Source of the DNA: Stramenopiles sp. TOSAG23-2
Lineage: Eukaryota
Reading direction: 5' to 3'
NCBI GenBank assembly: GCA_900128395.1
Contig: LT649320.1
Span: 1 to 38,077, forward strand
DNA length: 38,077 nucleotides
In this document: positions 21,428-33,138 of the stretch, piece after piece
Position numbering within the stretch: position 1 is the stretch's first letter
Layout: each line of letters starts with the position of its first letter
Notes under the pieces: model-generated
Database searches by the model: none
Told to the model about the DNA's origin: nothing
What the model saw: only the letters and a program-made list of their open reading frames with translations
Position numbers and translations under genes: made by a program

Positions 21428-21955
21428 TTTTATTTGTATATATATAACAATAATATATTAATAATAGTACATTGATGAAGTATAATAAATCTAGACTGTA
21501 CATATAAATTGATATTTACGTACGTATGTTTCTACATGATACATGTATATATATATGTCAAGTATTTTTCATGTCCATCATTCATGTGCTTATTATTTTT
21601 ATAGCATCGTTGTATCGTTGTGCATTATTAAAACTGTAGTCCATGGTAGTCTATCAACAACAACTTTTTTTTATAAAAATATTTTTTTTAGACAGGAGGT
21701 TATGGCACAAGGTGCACAGCAGGAGGTATTATGCCTCATACCTTAAGTAAAATGATGATCCATAAAAACATATGATAAAGCAGAAAAAGTTGCCACGTGC
21801 CATGCAGTCCAACCACAGCCAACCAGCCAACCCACATGCAGGCCAACATTACCAGATAAACATATGCATATGGCCATACATGTTTATACCACACAATTGT
21901 AAACAACATATCCCATCGTCGATAAACAACAAACGAATAATATAATCAATATAGA

Positions 21956-22396
21956 ATGTCTGAATTGGCCAGAACGTATGCAAGTGATCCATGCGATGAG
22001 CCGGTTGCATGGAAAACTAATGTAATTCCACGCGAGGAAGATGATTTAAAACATTTTTTTAAAATAGCAGATATGGTGGTAATTCGTATCGCTAAAAAAT
22101 ATGAGACAATAACATTTAATGAATTTCAAGATGAATGGATTGAATTTGAAAAATATTACTTTCGACAATTGGATCTAATCTATCTTCGTAGTTTGGTGTG
22201 TATAGATAGTCATAAATTAAAAGATAAACAAACAAGAGTAAATTATGCATTTCAAAGGTACCAATACGTCTCGCAATTTCATTCGCGGATCCATCGGTGG
22301 TGCATTTGTTTCACCAGTCCAACAAACCGTTGGGACGTTTTGATTAATTGTCGTCCTAGTGGCATCTACTTCTCGTTGTCTTACTCTACCATTTAA
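21956..22396 (+). CDS. Hypothetical protein (coding-like to about 22260; 3' end uncertain)
   Basis: 146-aa ORF. The first ~100 codons look protein-like; the remainder overlaps the opposite-strand ORF. Confidence 0.5.
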   Translation: MSELARTYASDPCDEPVAWKTNVIPREEDDLKHFFKIADMVVIRIAKKYETITFNEFQDEWIEFEKYYFRQLDLIYLRSLVCIDSHKLKDKQTRVNYAFQRYQYVSQFHSRIHRWCICFTSPTNRWDVLINCRPSGIYFSLSYSTI

Positions 22397-22678
22397 TTTA
22401 CATGATTTTTTATAACGTTGCGCTGCTACAAGCCCTAACCATCGAAAATTTTGTTTACCACGACCTAATGCTATTTCAAACGTTGCTGGTTTATAATGTT
22501 GCGATTTTGTATTGCAATGTACAAATATCTTCATGTTTTTTCGTTTTAAAACACCGTTATCAATGACTCTTTGTTCCATTTGTTCATAGATATTATCCAT
22601 TTCATGATGGATTTGTTCATTATCAACCACTTCTTCTTCTTGATGTTCTTTCTCAATATTTTCTTCTTCTTTCTTCAT
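22217..22678 (-). CDS. Hypothetical protein with an acidic N-terminus and a possible beta-grasp-like domain; 3' end uncertain
   Basis: 153-aa ORF. MKIFVHC..FEIALGRGKQNFRWLGLVAAQRY..MDPRMKLRDVL looks like a globular domain; protein-like character is lost after VL. Confidence 0.6.
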   Translation of the reverse strand: MKKEEENIEKEHQEEEVVDNEQIHHEMDNIYEQMEQRVIDNGVLKRKNMKIFVHCNTKSQHYKPATFEIALGRGKQNFRWLGLVAAQRYKKSCKLNGRVRQREVDATRTTINQNVPTVCWTGETNAPPMDPRMKLRDVLVPLKCIIYSCLFIF

Positions 22679-24166
22679 ATTTATTATATCTATCTATCTA
22701 TAATATGATGGTTAAAATCTATAAGTTATAATAATTTTACTTCCCGTGCTATGTAATATGCTCCTTTTGTTTTACATGTACAATGTATATACAATATATA
22801 CTCTATCTCTCTCTCAAATGTGTTCCAAACTTGATGTGATATGATATATATATATATATGTAGTCTAATTGAAAAATTTTCATGTACGTAAAACGTTACC
22901 AGGCAGGTAAAACGTGCTAACCAGCTAACTGTCAAAATAATAAAAAATAATATATAATTTAGCACATACCGGTACCAATACCCCGCGTGAGTCCCTGCTG
23001 TGTGAGCCCCTGCTGTGAGCCCCTCTAAAACACCTTACTTTCACAGTTCAGTCCGATGATAAAAATACAATCTAAATCTAAATCTGAATCTAAATCATAT
23101 CAAAATAGCTCTACCTAGGCTTAATCTACGTCTTAGACTACAATAAGAGGGGAATATTGTGAGAATGCTTCCAAGATCTAAGAGTTATATGTACCAAGTA
23201 GAGTTGTAGTTGTTGGATAATAAATAATAAATGTGCCAAGCCTTCGCTATCCTTACAGTACCAGCTTATAATGTCATACTAATAAAATACTAGAATGGGA
23301 ATAAGTATGGTGGATCACAAACACCTGTAAAACACCTCGAGTAAAATTTATGATATTATTATGTTCGTATTTCGTAAGTACAATTGAAACAATTTTCCCT
23401 ATCAAAAATTCATTGGTCTGAATGAAAAAAAAAAGAGAGAAAAGGGTGTGTCTCCATGTATCAGGGGAATGAACTCCAAAAAAAAATAGATTTTAGATCA
23501 AGACGTCGAGTTAGCAAGTATAAATATATATAATATATTTACATACTGTGTCATTATAATTTATTAGTATATGGAAATACATGCCTACCAAAAACTCGAA
23601 GCAAAAACACAAAAAATACTCTCCTCACTATACTACATGGAAGTAGTCACTAAAAAGAAGTGATAAATATAAACCAAGTGAGTTACACGACTACCTCTTT
23701 ATATATAGTAGAAAATGATATAAAGACTAATTAAGAAATTGTAAAGTTTGTCTATATATATATATATACATACACACACACATACATCATAGAAAACAAA
23801 TACAAGTGTTTTTCATATCACTTCTTCTATATTTTTTTTATAATATATATAGTTATCTATTTATTCATTTTTAGAATAAATACTAACTTTGAAAAGAAGA
23901 AGGGGGGGAAATATAGTTATAGTGGTTACATTTTACATTATATACATACATACATACATACATACATATTGGTAGATTTACAAAAGTCTGTTAAATAATT
24001 TATATATATATACAAGCATATATATTCCATATAATATTGTATTTTAGAGATAATAAATACAATACCAATTGAGAATAGAAGAGTACATATATATATATAT
24101 CTACATATACATAGTTTTACGCGCGAAGGAACCAAGTAAAACGAAATACGAACACAGAAAACAAAA

Positions 24167-26161
24167 ATGAATACTATCAATTTACCGTCTATCCGCACGA
24201 ATGGTTGTTTACCGTTCTTTTTAATCGCTTTACCAGCATTGACATTACCTGCGTTATTTTTACACCCTGGTGGTTTGACTTGGGTCATGCTGGAATCTGT
24301 TACTTCTTTTTTTAAAAATGCTCTTGGTGGTGCAACCGTTGCATTCGACATTTTACGAGAAGGAAATTTGACCACATATATTTTTATGTTATGGATATTT
24401 TTGGGTATTGCTGCCGTCCATTTTGTAGGCAGTTTAAAGATCAAAGGGAAGGGGCATAAACATTTTGGAACCGACAAGAAACGAAGAGATAAAAGTGGCA
24501 GGAACAGTGCTGATACTGGTTCTGACAAAGATCATTATATCAACAAAAAGAAAGCACGTAATCGAAAAAAACAAAAGAATTCTAAAAATCGAAACACGTC
24601 AAAGTCTGACACGTCTTTAGATGATTTAAAAAAGTTTAACAAACAAAAGAAAAAATCTTTAGACAACAACGACAGCGACGACGAGAATAATGTACCCTCG
24701 TCGCTGAGTGGTACAGATATTGAAGAGAATAACAGTAAACAAAATCGTGATAGTTCTTCGTCTATTTCATCTACAGCATCATCGACTATTTCAAGGAGTG
24801 ATGATGATGGTGTCACTGGCACTGCTGATTTTATTGCAAATAATGACGCAGTGCACATTTCTGAAAGTAAAAGTAAAGACATTGTTGATAAAAACAGTAT
24901 CTCAGATGTGGTCAAAGAAAAATTGATTGTAGAGACTGCAAATGAAAAAAAAGCAAAATTTTCATCAACATCCATTACATCATGGGCTGATGCTGTATCA
25001 AGTGATGAGGAAGATAATACACCGTCAACAAACAACAACATTTCTGGAAAAAGTACAAAATCTGTAAAGAGAAACAACAAATCAAAGAAAAATAAAACTT
25101 CTACGTCATCTTCTTTTGATAAAAGTTCATCAACAAAGGCTGGTAGTAGTAGTAGTAGCAGCAGCAACGACAACTTCCAATCAAAAAAGAAGAAAAGTAT
25201 TGCGAATAAGAAAGAGAGGAAAGAGAAAGGAATTAGAAAATCTAGCGGTACAAATCGTCGAAATGATCAACAAGAAGTTGAAAATCGCTCGTCACATTTT
25301 GAGAAAGGGAGTGGCAACAACAAGTACGACCCTAATTCTGGGATGTCCACGAATGGTTATACGAAAGATAATGGCAGGAACTACAACAAAAATAATCGCC
25401 GTAACAACAATAACAACAGCAATTCTCGTTCTTCTTCACGCAACAATAACAGTGATGCTAATACATTGAATCCGTACGCAAATGATTATGTCTATGAAAA
25501 AAGTAATAACAATTTTTACAATAATGATGGTCAACAATATTCAAATACTGGTAATACAAAGTACATCTATGAAATGTCAGAGCAGGACAAAGCGATGGCA
25601 CAACAAGTACAAATCCAGCAAGAAATATTGCATCAGCAAAAGATTCAACAAGAGAAAATGATGGAAGAGATGCGATTAAGATACCCAGAGCAAATGGCGC
25701 AATACGAGCAACAACAATTTATTATTCAACAACAACATTTTATTGAGCAACAGCAAGCGAGATTAAATATGGCGATACAAAGTCAATTGCAGCAACACCA
25801 GCAACAACAGAATAGTGGGAATATGTCGATTAACAACAATGACCATATGCTACGTGCTGAGGATGCTAATGCAAATGTTAAACAACGCGCAGATATCAAC
25901 AACGTTAATGTCATGCATGATATGACTTCAGCAAATAGTAACAATAATGTGCATGATATAAACTTTGTTGAAAATGTTGTACCGGCTACTGAGCATAATA
26001 ACGTTACAGCAAACAATGTTACAAATGGCAACGTAAATGCATCTATCAAAGCTACGACTACACCAGTGAACAGTAAAACTCGTAGTGGCAAACGCCCTGG
26101 AAGTGTCTTTAAAGCACAAGAATTAGCTTTTGATATGGCAACATCTTTGTTTGATGACTGA
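24167..26161 (+). CDS. Membrane-anchored low-complexity protein with a PAM2-like motif and Q-rich region
   Basis: 664 aa with hydrophobic N-terminal segments, Ser/Lys/Asn-rich disorder, NTLNPYANDYVY (PAM2-like) and a poly-Q helix. Confidence 0.8.
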   Translation: MNTINLPSIRTNGCLPFFLIALPALTLPALFLHPGGLTWVMLESVTSFFKNALGGATVAFDILREGNLTTYIFMLWIFLGIAAVHFVGSLKIKGKGHKHFGTDKKRRDKSGRNSADTGSDKDHYINKKKARNRKKQKNSKNRNTSKSDTSLDDLKKFNKQKKKSLDNNDSDDENNVPSSLSGTDIEENNSKQNRDSSSSISSTASSTISRSDDDGVTGTADFIANNDAVHISESKSKDIVDKNSISDVVKEKLIVETANEKKAKFSSTSITSWADAVSSDEEDNTPSTNNNISGKSTKSVKRNNKSKKNKTSTSSSFDKSSSTKAGSSSSSSSNDNFQSKKKKSIANKKERKEKGIRKSSGTNRRNDQQEVENRSSHFEKGSGNNKYDPNSGMSTNGYTKDNGRNYNKNNRRNNNNNSNSRSSSRNNNSDANTLNPYANDYVYEKSNNNFYNNDGQQYSNTGNTKYIYEMSEQDKAMAQQVQIQQEILHQQKIQQEKMMEEMRLRYPEQMAQYEQQQFIIQQQHFIEQQQARLNMAIQSQLQQHQQQQNSGNMSINNNDHMLRAEDANANVKQRADINNVNVMHDMTSANSNNNVHDINFVENVVPATEHNNVTANNVTNGNVNASIKATTTPVNSKTRSGKRPGSVFKAQELAFDMATSLFDD

Positions 26162-26639
26162 TTGAAGCATCACTCTGATATATACATACTATAATATACA
26201 TACATATAATATATATATATAATAGATGATGGTTATTATATATATCACACAAGAAGTTAGTGTGTTGTGTTTGCTTGCGATTGTTGTGGCAAAGAAATTT
26301 AGCTTTTTGGAAATATATATATATGATACGATTTAGATACATCGAATATATTATATATAGATAGATATTTTATCATAATTTTTATACATATACGGATTCA
26401 TGACTTTTGTGTTTGGTGTCGAATAAACAGAACGTATATATAATATATATACGAGTACTTGAGTATGATATAAAAAATATCATATCATACCATATTTTTT
26501 AATAAATACGAATACGAAGAGAATAAACACACTTTTTATAAAAGATTTTTATATTCTATAAGAAAATATTTTAAAAATACGCGTGTACATTTTATTTTAT
26601 TTTAAATATATATATATTATAAACAAGAGAATTATATTT

Positions 26640-28925
26640 TTATTTATTCTTCCCCCATACATTTTTACTTCCACCCGGATTATTATTACCATTGCCTGAC
26701 ATGGCTCTTCGACTTTTTTTACTTTGATTATTTGTCTTTGCAGCTTCTCCTAAAGTTGGAAAGAAACCCATGGTTTTAGTTATATTTGCAAAACTTTTAT
26801 CTTTTTTCTTCCCAATGTTATTATATGCAGCAGGAAGAGCAGGTTCTTTTAAAACTATTTTAGGTGGTGAACCGACAGAAGGAAAATTCTTTGGTGCCAA
26901 AGATTCTTTACGTTCTTTTTCTATTTTAGCGCTTATCATTTCAGGCGATGGGCAATCACGACTTTTATTGTGTGATTTATTTCCATTTTTATGTTTTTCT
27001 TTCATTTTTTTATCACGATCTCTTTTTCGCTTTTGAAGCTCCTTTTTAAACTTATTCTTTGTCGCTTGTGAAAGAAGATCATTTAAATCAATTTCTATTA
27101 ATTTAATTTCTGCATTGAGATTTAAATGGGATAAATACTTGTAAAATTTCGCCTTATCTTTTGTTAAAGTAACAGTTTCGATATCCAACACGTCACTTGA
27201 CTTTAATTCAGATGGAAAATTATCATATGTTTTAAATTCTTCTTTTAACAGATTGACACAAAACGGATGCAAAAATGTTTTGCTACCATCTTCAAGTTGG
27301 TAAAAGTAGAAACCTGTTTCAGTAGAACCAATTTTATTTAATGCAATTGGCTGTTGTTGTAAATTCGTTGGTGCCACAAGTTTTGGTGGCGAAATAGTTG
27401 TAGTTTTCTCCACCAAATTACTTTCAACAGTTGATTTCTGTAACTTGTCTTTTTTACTATTCGGGCTGGTTCCTCCTCCTCCTCCTAAAGATGGATACTC
27501 TTCCTCATCAAGTATAATTTTATTGTTTTTCGCAGATTTTTCTTCTTTCTTCTTCTTTTCAGATTCAATAATAGTTTCAATTAATTCATGTAATTCCCAC
27601 TTCAATGCCTTCTCAGCAATCATTTGACGTCCAAGACTATCTAATTGCGTTATTGACTCGTTTTCCTTTTGACTATCTTCGTATTTACCAATAATAGCAA
27701 GAAAATTCGCATCTTGTTTTGCCTCTGTAACTACTTTATTTAAATCTTCAATTTCTTTACATAAAATAGATTTTATATATTCTTTTGTGCATCTTAAAAA
27801 TTGTGTAAATTTTAAAAGTTGTTCTTTCTCGTTAAAATAATTATTATTGCCATTTTTTATTATTTTTACAGTAGGCATTTTTTTTTGCATTACATTATTC
27901 CATTCTTCATTTGTGATTGTTGATAAATATGCAAAGGTTGATCGAGTTGATATTTTATTGCGAAACATTAACTTAAAAGTAGCTAAAGCCGTATTACTTT
28001 TATCATTATCTTTTGCTATTGGATTGATATTGCTATTATTATTGTTATTATTGTCATCAATATCATCATTGTCATTACTATTTTCATTCTTCTTCTCGCT
28101 ACTAGTAGTTTTATTATTCTTTTTCTGATGTTGTTTGATACTAATTGTTGGTTTTATAGAAGTAATATAGCGATTTGCTGTTGGTCTTAATTTTTCTTTT
28201 GTAATTGGGTCATTACATATTGCGCATTTCACCCAATTTTTTCGATTCGAATTTTCCAAAAGTCTTAACACACATAACATGCAATATACATGACCACAAC
28301 AATTCATTAATGGCACTTCGGGTTTGCATAAACATATTGGGCAAGAAAAATCGTTATTATCTTCCAGATCAAATAAAACTTGTTCTACATCGTTCCAGTC
28401 AACTTTTTTATTATTATGAATCAACATATATGGATTATTCGTTTCAGATGCAGATGGGCCAGATACAACAAAACGATAAGTTGCTTTTAAAAATGCATTG
28501 CGATCAAATACAGGATGGTGAACTTTATGTTGCGACCGTTTCCCTATTACAGTGGATGGAAAGTAATTAAGACTATCATCCACTTCACGTTCATATTTAA
28601 AGCCTAGGAATGCACTATTTATTTGTTGTTGTGATTTTTTATTATTTTTTTTACTATTATTACCTTTATATATTTTTGCTGTCGTTATATTTTGTTGTTG
28701 CTGCTTTTTATAATGATTGCGTCGTGTTGGATATTTTTTTGTATTATTGTTATTGTAAGCACTTTTGTTTTTCTTGTTATTTTTTTTCTTGTTACTGTAT
28801 TTTTTATTAGTATTGTTATTGTTATTATTATTCTTTGAATTCCCTGATGAAGAATTGTTATTGTTATTATTATTATTATTATTACTTGGTATCCATTCTT
28901 TTGCATTAACTGATAATGCTGACAT
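26640..28925 (-). CDS. RNF10: RING E3 ligase RNF10/Mag2 homologue
   Basis: FLKATYRFVV..VDWNDVEQV, RING CPICL..CGHVYCMLC..WVKCAIC, FYFYQLEDGSKTFLHP, YKYLSHL. Confidence 0.88.
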   Translation of the reverse strand: MSALSVNAKEWIPSNNNNNNNNNNSSSGNSKNNNNNNNTNKKYSNKKKNNKKNKSAYNNNNTKKYPTRRNHYKKQQQQNITTAKIYKGNNSKKNNKKSQQQINSAFLGFKYEREVDDSLNYFPSTVIGKRSQHKVHHPVFDRNAFLKATYRFVVSGPSASETNNPYMLIHNNKKVDWNDVEQVLFDLEDNNDFSCPICLCKPEVPLMNCCGHVYCMLCVLRLLENSNRKNWVKCAICNDPITKEKLRPTANRYITSIKPTISIKQHQKKNNKTTSSEKKNENSNDNDDIDDNNNNNNSNINPIAKDNDKSNTALATFKLMFRNKISTRSTFAYLSTITNEEWNNVMQKKMPTVKIIKNGNNNYFNEKEQLLKFTQFLRCTKEYIKSILCKEIEDLNKVVTEAKQDANFLAIIGKYEDSQKENESITQLDSLGRQMIAEKALKWELHELIETIIESEKKKKEEKSAKNNKIILDEEEYPSLGGGGGTSPNSKKDKLQKSTVESNLVEKTTTISPPKLVAPTNLQQQPIALNKIGSTETGFYFYQLEDGSKTFLHPFCVNLLKEEFKTYDNFPSELKSSDVLDIETVTLTKDKAKFYKYLSHLNLNAEIKLIEIDLNDLLSQATKNKFKKELQKRKRDRDKKMKEKHKNGNKSHNKSRDCPSPEMISAKIEKERKESLAPKNFPSVGSPPKIVLKEPALPAAYNNIGKKKDKSFANITKTMGFFPTLGEAAKTNNQSKKSRRAMSGNGNNNPGGSKNVWGKNK

Positions 28926-29290
28926 ATTCTATTATTTTTTGTAGTGCCTTACAGCCAGAAAAAAATAAATCAAAAATAAAAGATAATATACAATATGATA
29001 TTATATATATATATACACACACATACAAATATATTATCTATCTCTTTATGTTTGTTATATAAATCTATGGATAACCTTTCTATATATATATACAGTAGCT
29101 ATACGCAGACTTTTTTTTACACAAAACATATATACATTGTTTATTTAAGCAAACGGATATTAAACATAAATACAGAAAGCATTTACCTTGGGTATAAAAT
29201 AATCACATTTCATACATACATGTAAAACAATGAACAAATTAGTTGAACTTGAATGTAAATAAAGATAAACAAGTTTATTTATTAACAATT

Positions 29291-31318
29291 ATGCCAGTGA
29301 AACAAATTGCACGTAAATTCCATACTCTTGACTTAGCTTTAAGCACTGGTGGATTGTATGTTGGCGGTCTTATCGATATTGGGTATGGACCACAAAGGCA
29401 TGGAGAAGGAACCAGATATTACAAAGATAGGGAAACTATAGCATATGAGGGTTCCTATAAATATGGTAGATGGGATGGTCATGGGAAACGATTTGCTGCT
29501 GATGGACGCTTAATTTATGAAGGATATTTTTACAACGATTTGTATCATGGTAGAGGTACTTTATATGGAGATAATGGAGAATATTATGAAGGTGAATGGG
29601 TAGACGGATTGAAAGATGGTCCTGGTACATATGTAAAACAAGATGGAGAGAAATACACGGGCAATTGGAAAAAAGGTAAATACCACGGCAAAGGTAAATT
29701 GCATAATAAAGAAGGAACTCTAATTTTCAAAGGAACCCACAAATACGGTATTCGAGTTGGTGAATGTTATTTCCTAGATGAAGACAATGGAGAAGTATTT
29801 GATGGAAATCATATTGATGGAATATTGCATGGTCAAGCGAAATATGTCGATTCGCATGGTAATTCCTATGAAGGATCTTGGAATATGGGTACTCGTGAAG
29901 GGTATGGCAAATCTGTAAATAGAGATGGTAGTAAATATGTCGGTCAATGGAAAAGTGATGAGAAAAATGGAGATGGGGAAGACATTGATAAGGATGGTTA
30001 TAATTTAAAAGGTACCTTTGTAAATGGCTATTTAGAAAATTATGGTATATTGTATTATCCAAATAAAGCAATAGCATATGAAGGTGAGTTTAAAAAAAGC
30101 AAATTTCATGGGCTAGGTGAAATATTCCGAGGAGACGGAATACTTGTGTACTCTGGAACATTTAAAAATGGAAAATACGATGGTTATGGAAATTGCTACA
30201 TGGCAAATAATGGTTATTACTACGGCTACTGGAAAAATGGACTGCGGCATACTGGAAATAGTGAATTAATAACAGTTGAGGAGGAGGAAGAAGAAGGGGA
30301 AGAAGAAGACGATGAAGATAAATTTAAAACTGGTGAATTCCGAGATGAACATGGGTGGGTTTACTCCGGTGAATGGGTTAATGATAAAAGGCACGGTAAA
30401 GGAAAATTGTATGACCAACATGGTGTACTAGTGTACGACGGTGAATTTGTCAATAATATTGTAAATGGCGAAGGGCATCATCATTATACTAGTGTAATGA
30501 TGAGAGGGAGTGACTTCAAAGGTACATTTATTAATGGAAAGAAAGAAGGTGATGGCATATTAACGTATAAAGATGGCACGGTCTTATACAAAGGCACGTA
30601 TGTACACGATACATGGCATGGTGAGGGGGAATGGCAAGATTTATATGGCACGTGGTACAAAGGCACATTTGTTCTTGGGAAACGCACTGGTAGTGGCGAA
30701 GTTCAATTGAGCAATGGTCACTTTTACAAGGGTGATTTTTTGGATGGGAAATATCATGGAAAAGGTGTCTTAGTAAAACGTAAGGTGGTTTGTGATGGTT
30801 ATTTTAAAAATGGGGAATATTTAGAGAGCAATGATGAAAGGGAAGAACGTTTGAAAGTAGAAGAAAAAGAAAGAAAACGCAGGGAATTAAAGAAAAATGC
30901 CATAGCAGAACAAATGCGAAGACGGGATGCTGCATTGAAACGACGAGCAGATGCAAAAGCAAAAGCTATGTCAAAATTGTCCAATTGGGGGGATGATAAT
31001 GATGATATGGAAGATATTAATGAAGCAAATGAACGCATAATGGCAGAGGAACAAGAAAAGCAGCGTTTATTAAAAATAGAAGAAGATAGAAAGAAAAAAG
31101 AGGAGGAAGCTAAAAGAGCAGCTGAAACTCCAGAGGAAGAAATCTTACCATCATTAGCAAAACAAAAACGACTTGATATATTGAATAAACGTGGTTCAAG
31201 AGCATTAAGTAGGAAAAAAATTCCACGTAAACATGGTAAAGGTGTCTCCGAGACCATGGAAATGAAGAAAATTGAACGGAAATCAATGTTACAATTACCA
31301 AAGTTGAATAGTCCATAA
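29291..31318 (+). CDS. MORN-repeat protein with a C-terminal charged coiled coil
   Basis: About 20 YxGx(W/F)xxGxxHGxG repeats. First ATG in the ORF is at 29291. Confidence 0.93.
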   Translation: MPVKQIARKFHTLDLALSTGGLYVGGLIDIGYGPQRHGEGTRYYKDRETIAYEGSYKYGRWDGHGKRFAADGRLIYEGYFYNDLYHGRGTLYGDNGEYYEGEWVDGLKDGPGTYVKQDGEKYTGNWKKGKYHGKGKLHNKEGTLIFKGTHKYGIRVGECYFLDEDNGEVFDGNHIDGILHGQAKYVDSHGNSYEGSWNMGTREGYGKSVNRDGSKYVGQWKSDEKNGDGEDIDKDGYNLKGTFVNGYLENYGILYYPNKAIAYEGEFKKSKFHGLGEIFRGDGILVYSGTFKNGKYDGYGNCYMANNGYYYGYWKNGLRHTGNSELITVEEEEEEGEEEDDEDKFKTGEFRDEHGWVYSGEWVNDKRHGKGKLYDQHGVLVYDGEFVNNIVNGEGHHHYTSVMMRGSDFKGTFINGKKEGDGILTYKDGTVLYKGTYVHDTWHGEGEWQDLYGTWYKGTFVLGKRTGSGEVQLSNGHFYKGDFLDGKYHGKGVLVKRKVVCDGYFKNGEYLESNDEREERLKVEEKERKRRELKKNAIAEQMRRRDAALKRRADAKAKAMSKLSNWGDDNDDMEDINEANERIMAEEQEKQRLLKIEEDRKKKEEEAKRAAETPEEEILPSLAKQKRLDILNKRGSRALSRKKIPRKHGKGVSETMEMKKIERKSMLQLPKLNSP

Positions 31319-31521
31319 AATAAATAAAATAATGTCAAACATAATATCAAAATCTTTTTATCATATTCTCTAATATGCATATACTCTGATGTGTGTGAAT
31401 GGAACGCTGACTCCATATATATTACACATATATAGGTGTATCAACTTAATTCCATTTTATCAAATGATATGATAGTATTGTGCATATTGTGTGCATTAAA
31501 TTTATGATTGGGGTAGTATAT

Positions 31522-33138
31522 TTAATTTAAACTTTGTTTACTAGCATTTAATGTTTCAGCTAATTTCATTTGATAACTACGAATACTTTGTGTTAATGAC
31601 AGATTACCATTTGTTGCTGCTAAAATATCATCATCATTTAAGTTATCGTTGTCCTTTAATGATGGTGCGACAATATTTGTAAATTTAGATAATGAGCCAT
31701 GGGCTTTAGCTGGACCCATATCTGGCATTTTTGGTAAAACAGAACGACGATGCGCAGCTTTATTTTGCCGTTTCCTATCAGAAATCAAAGCAGAATATTG
31801 ATGTACCAAATTTTTCCCTCTTGATTCTAAAATACCTAAAAACAACATGTAATTATCGCTTTTAACTTCCGTGGTTGGATCGCTAACTGTAATAGCTTCC
31901 GGGTTTGATTGTAAAAATTCTATTTGACTGGCATCTTTTCCCGTTATGAATTTATCACAACCAATTTTAAAGAAAGTGGTATGTAATGGCTCAAACAAAG
32001 TCTCTAAATTTTGCAACGCTTCTTCATGCATGTGTTTTCCATTTAAATAGGACTGTTCAGATTTTATATTTTCTTTCTGGCTTTGAGATAAAACTTCTGC
32101 CCTTTCAGCATTACGAGATTCGTTTGCCTCCATAATTGATTTAAATTCATTATTTAACATTTGTACAGTCTTTAATGCTTCCTCATATTCTAGCGTAACC
32201 TCATTTACTTTATTGATCAAATTGAATTCATCCTTTGACATTGTATCAAACGAAGTGGTTACAGCTTGGTATATTTCTTTTCCATTTCCATTAAATTCTA
32301 AACCGACGGCACCACTTAATGCAGCGAATTGCTCTTCTACATGTTCCAATTCTTTCAATTTCCGTTCATATGCCATATCGCTTAAACTTGCCAATGATGA
32401 AGATGAATTTTTTCTACCTTTATTCACTGGCGATAATGCTTTTCCGTGCATCCTTGTTGTGCTAGATCTGCGATGAAGCTTTTGACGCTGCAATTTTTGT
32501 ATTGCAATATCTGTGCGATCGATGATAACGGTCAAATCTTCATAATCTTTTAAAAATTGATGTTTGTCTTGGTCATACATTTTCTTTAAGTCTTGCATAC
32601 GGAGTTGTGCAGCATCTCTATCCGCATATAAATTTTCAATTTCATAGTTCAGCTGCTTTAATTCATGCGCTGTATCTGCAAGGTCATCGATCATGCGTTG
32701 AGAGACACGTTCAAATACGATTTTCTCCCTGCGTGCTAAGTCGATCTCACGTTTAATTTCATTGTTAAAACCAACTGCCTTGTCATTTTTACTTAAGACG
32801 AATTGTTTTCGTTTAGTTAATAGTTCACATTCTTGGCGTATACGCCTTTGACTCACAGCCGGTGCATCAGATGCACCAAGTGGCCGTTCACTAAGTTGCC
32901 TAATATCATCTCCGCGAGTGACCCAAGTAGCATAACTGCCCATTTTTTTTCTTGTACCCCAAAGCTCGTCTTTAATCACATTGACTTGAGGTTCCAAAGC
33001 ATCTATTTGTGTTTGAATTTGTACGATGTCATTCTCTATATCCACTTTTTCTAACTCTAGACCATGTGCTTCACGTACAGCTTTTTGTTGCCATATGGTT
33101 AAAGGCTTTACGTCTGAAACATCGTCTTCATCAGCCAT
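31522..33138 (-). CDS. Outer dynein arm docking complex-like coiled-coil protein (ODAD1/CCDC114/CCDC63 family)
   Basis: NNEIKREIDLARREKIVFE..LYADRDAAQ, DEFNLINKVNE and SDNYMLFLGILESR resemble conserved blocks of the ODA-DC2 family. Confidence 0.72.
   Translation of the reverse strand: MADEDDVSDVKPLTIWQQKAVREAHGLELEKVDIENDIVQIQTQIDALEPQVNVIKDELWGTRKKMGSYATWVTRGDDIRQLSERPLGASDAPAVSQRRIRQECELLTKRKQFVLSKNDKAVGFNNEIKREIDLARREKIVFERVSQRMIDDLADTAHELKQLNYEIENLYADRDAAQLRMQDLKKMYDQDKHQFLKDYEDLTVIIDRTDIAIQKLQRQKLHRRSSTTRMHGKALSPVNKGRKNSSSSLASLSDMAYERKLKELEHVEEQFAALSGAVGLEFNGNGKEIYQAVTTSFDTMSKDEFNLINKVNEVTLEYEEALKTVQMLNNEFKSIMEANESRNAERAEVLSQSQKENIKSEQSYLNGKHMHEEALQNLETLFEPLHTTFFKIGCDKFITGKDASQIEFLQSNPEAITVSDPTTEVKSDNYMLFLGILESRGKNLVHQYSALISDRKRQNKAAHRRSVLPKMPDMGPAKAHGSLSKFTNIVAPSLKDNDNLNDDDILAATNGNLSLTQSIRSYQMKLAETLNASKQSLN

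Noticed and set aside
24535-25173. Long antisense ORFs (also 13010, 19008, 20682, 23938, 30799, 34688)
   Set aside because: They are shadows of low-complexity or biased coding sequence with no recognisable motifs.
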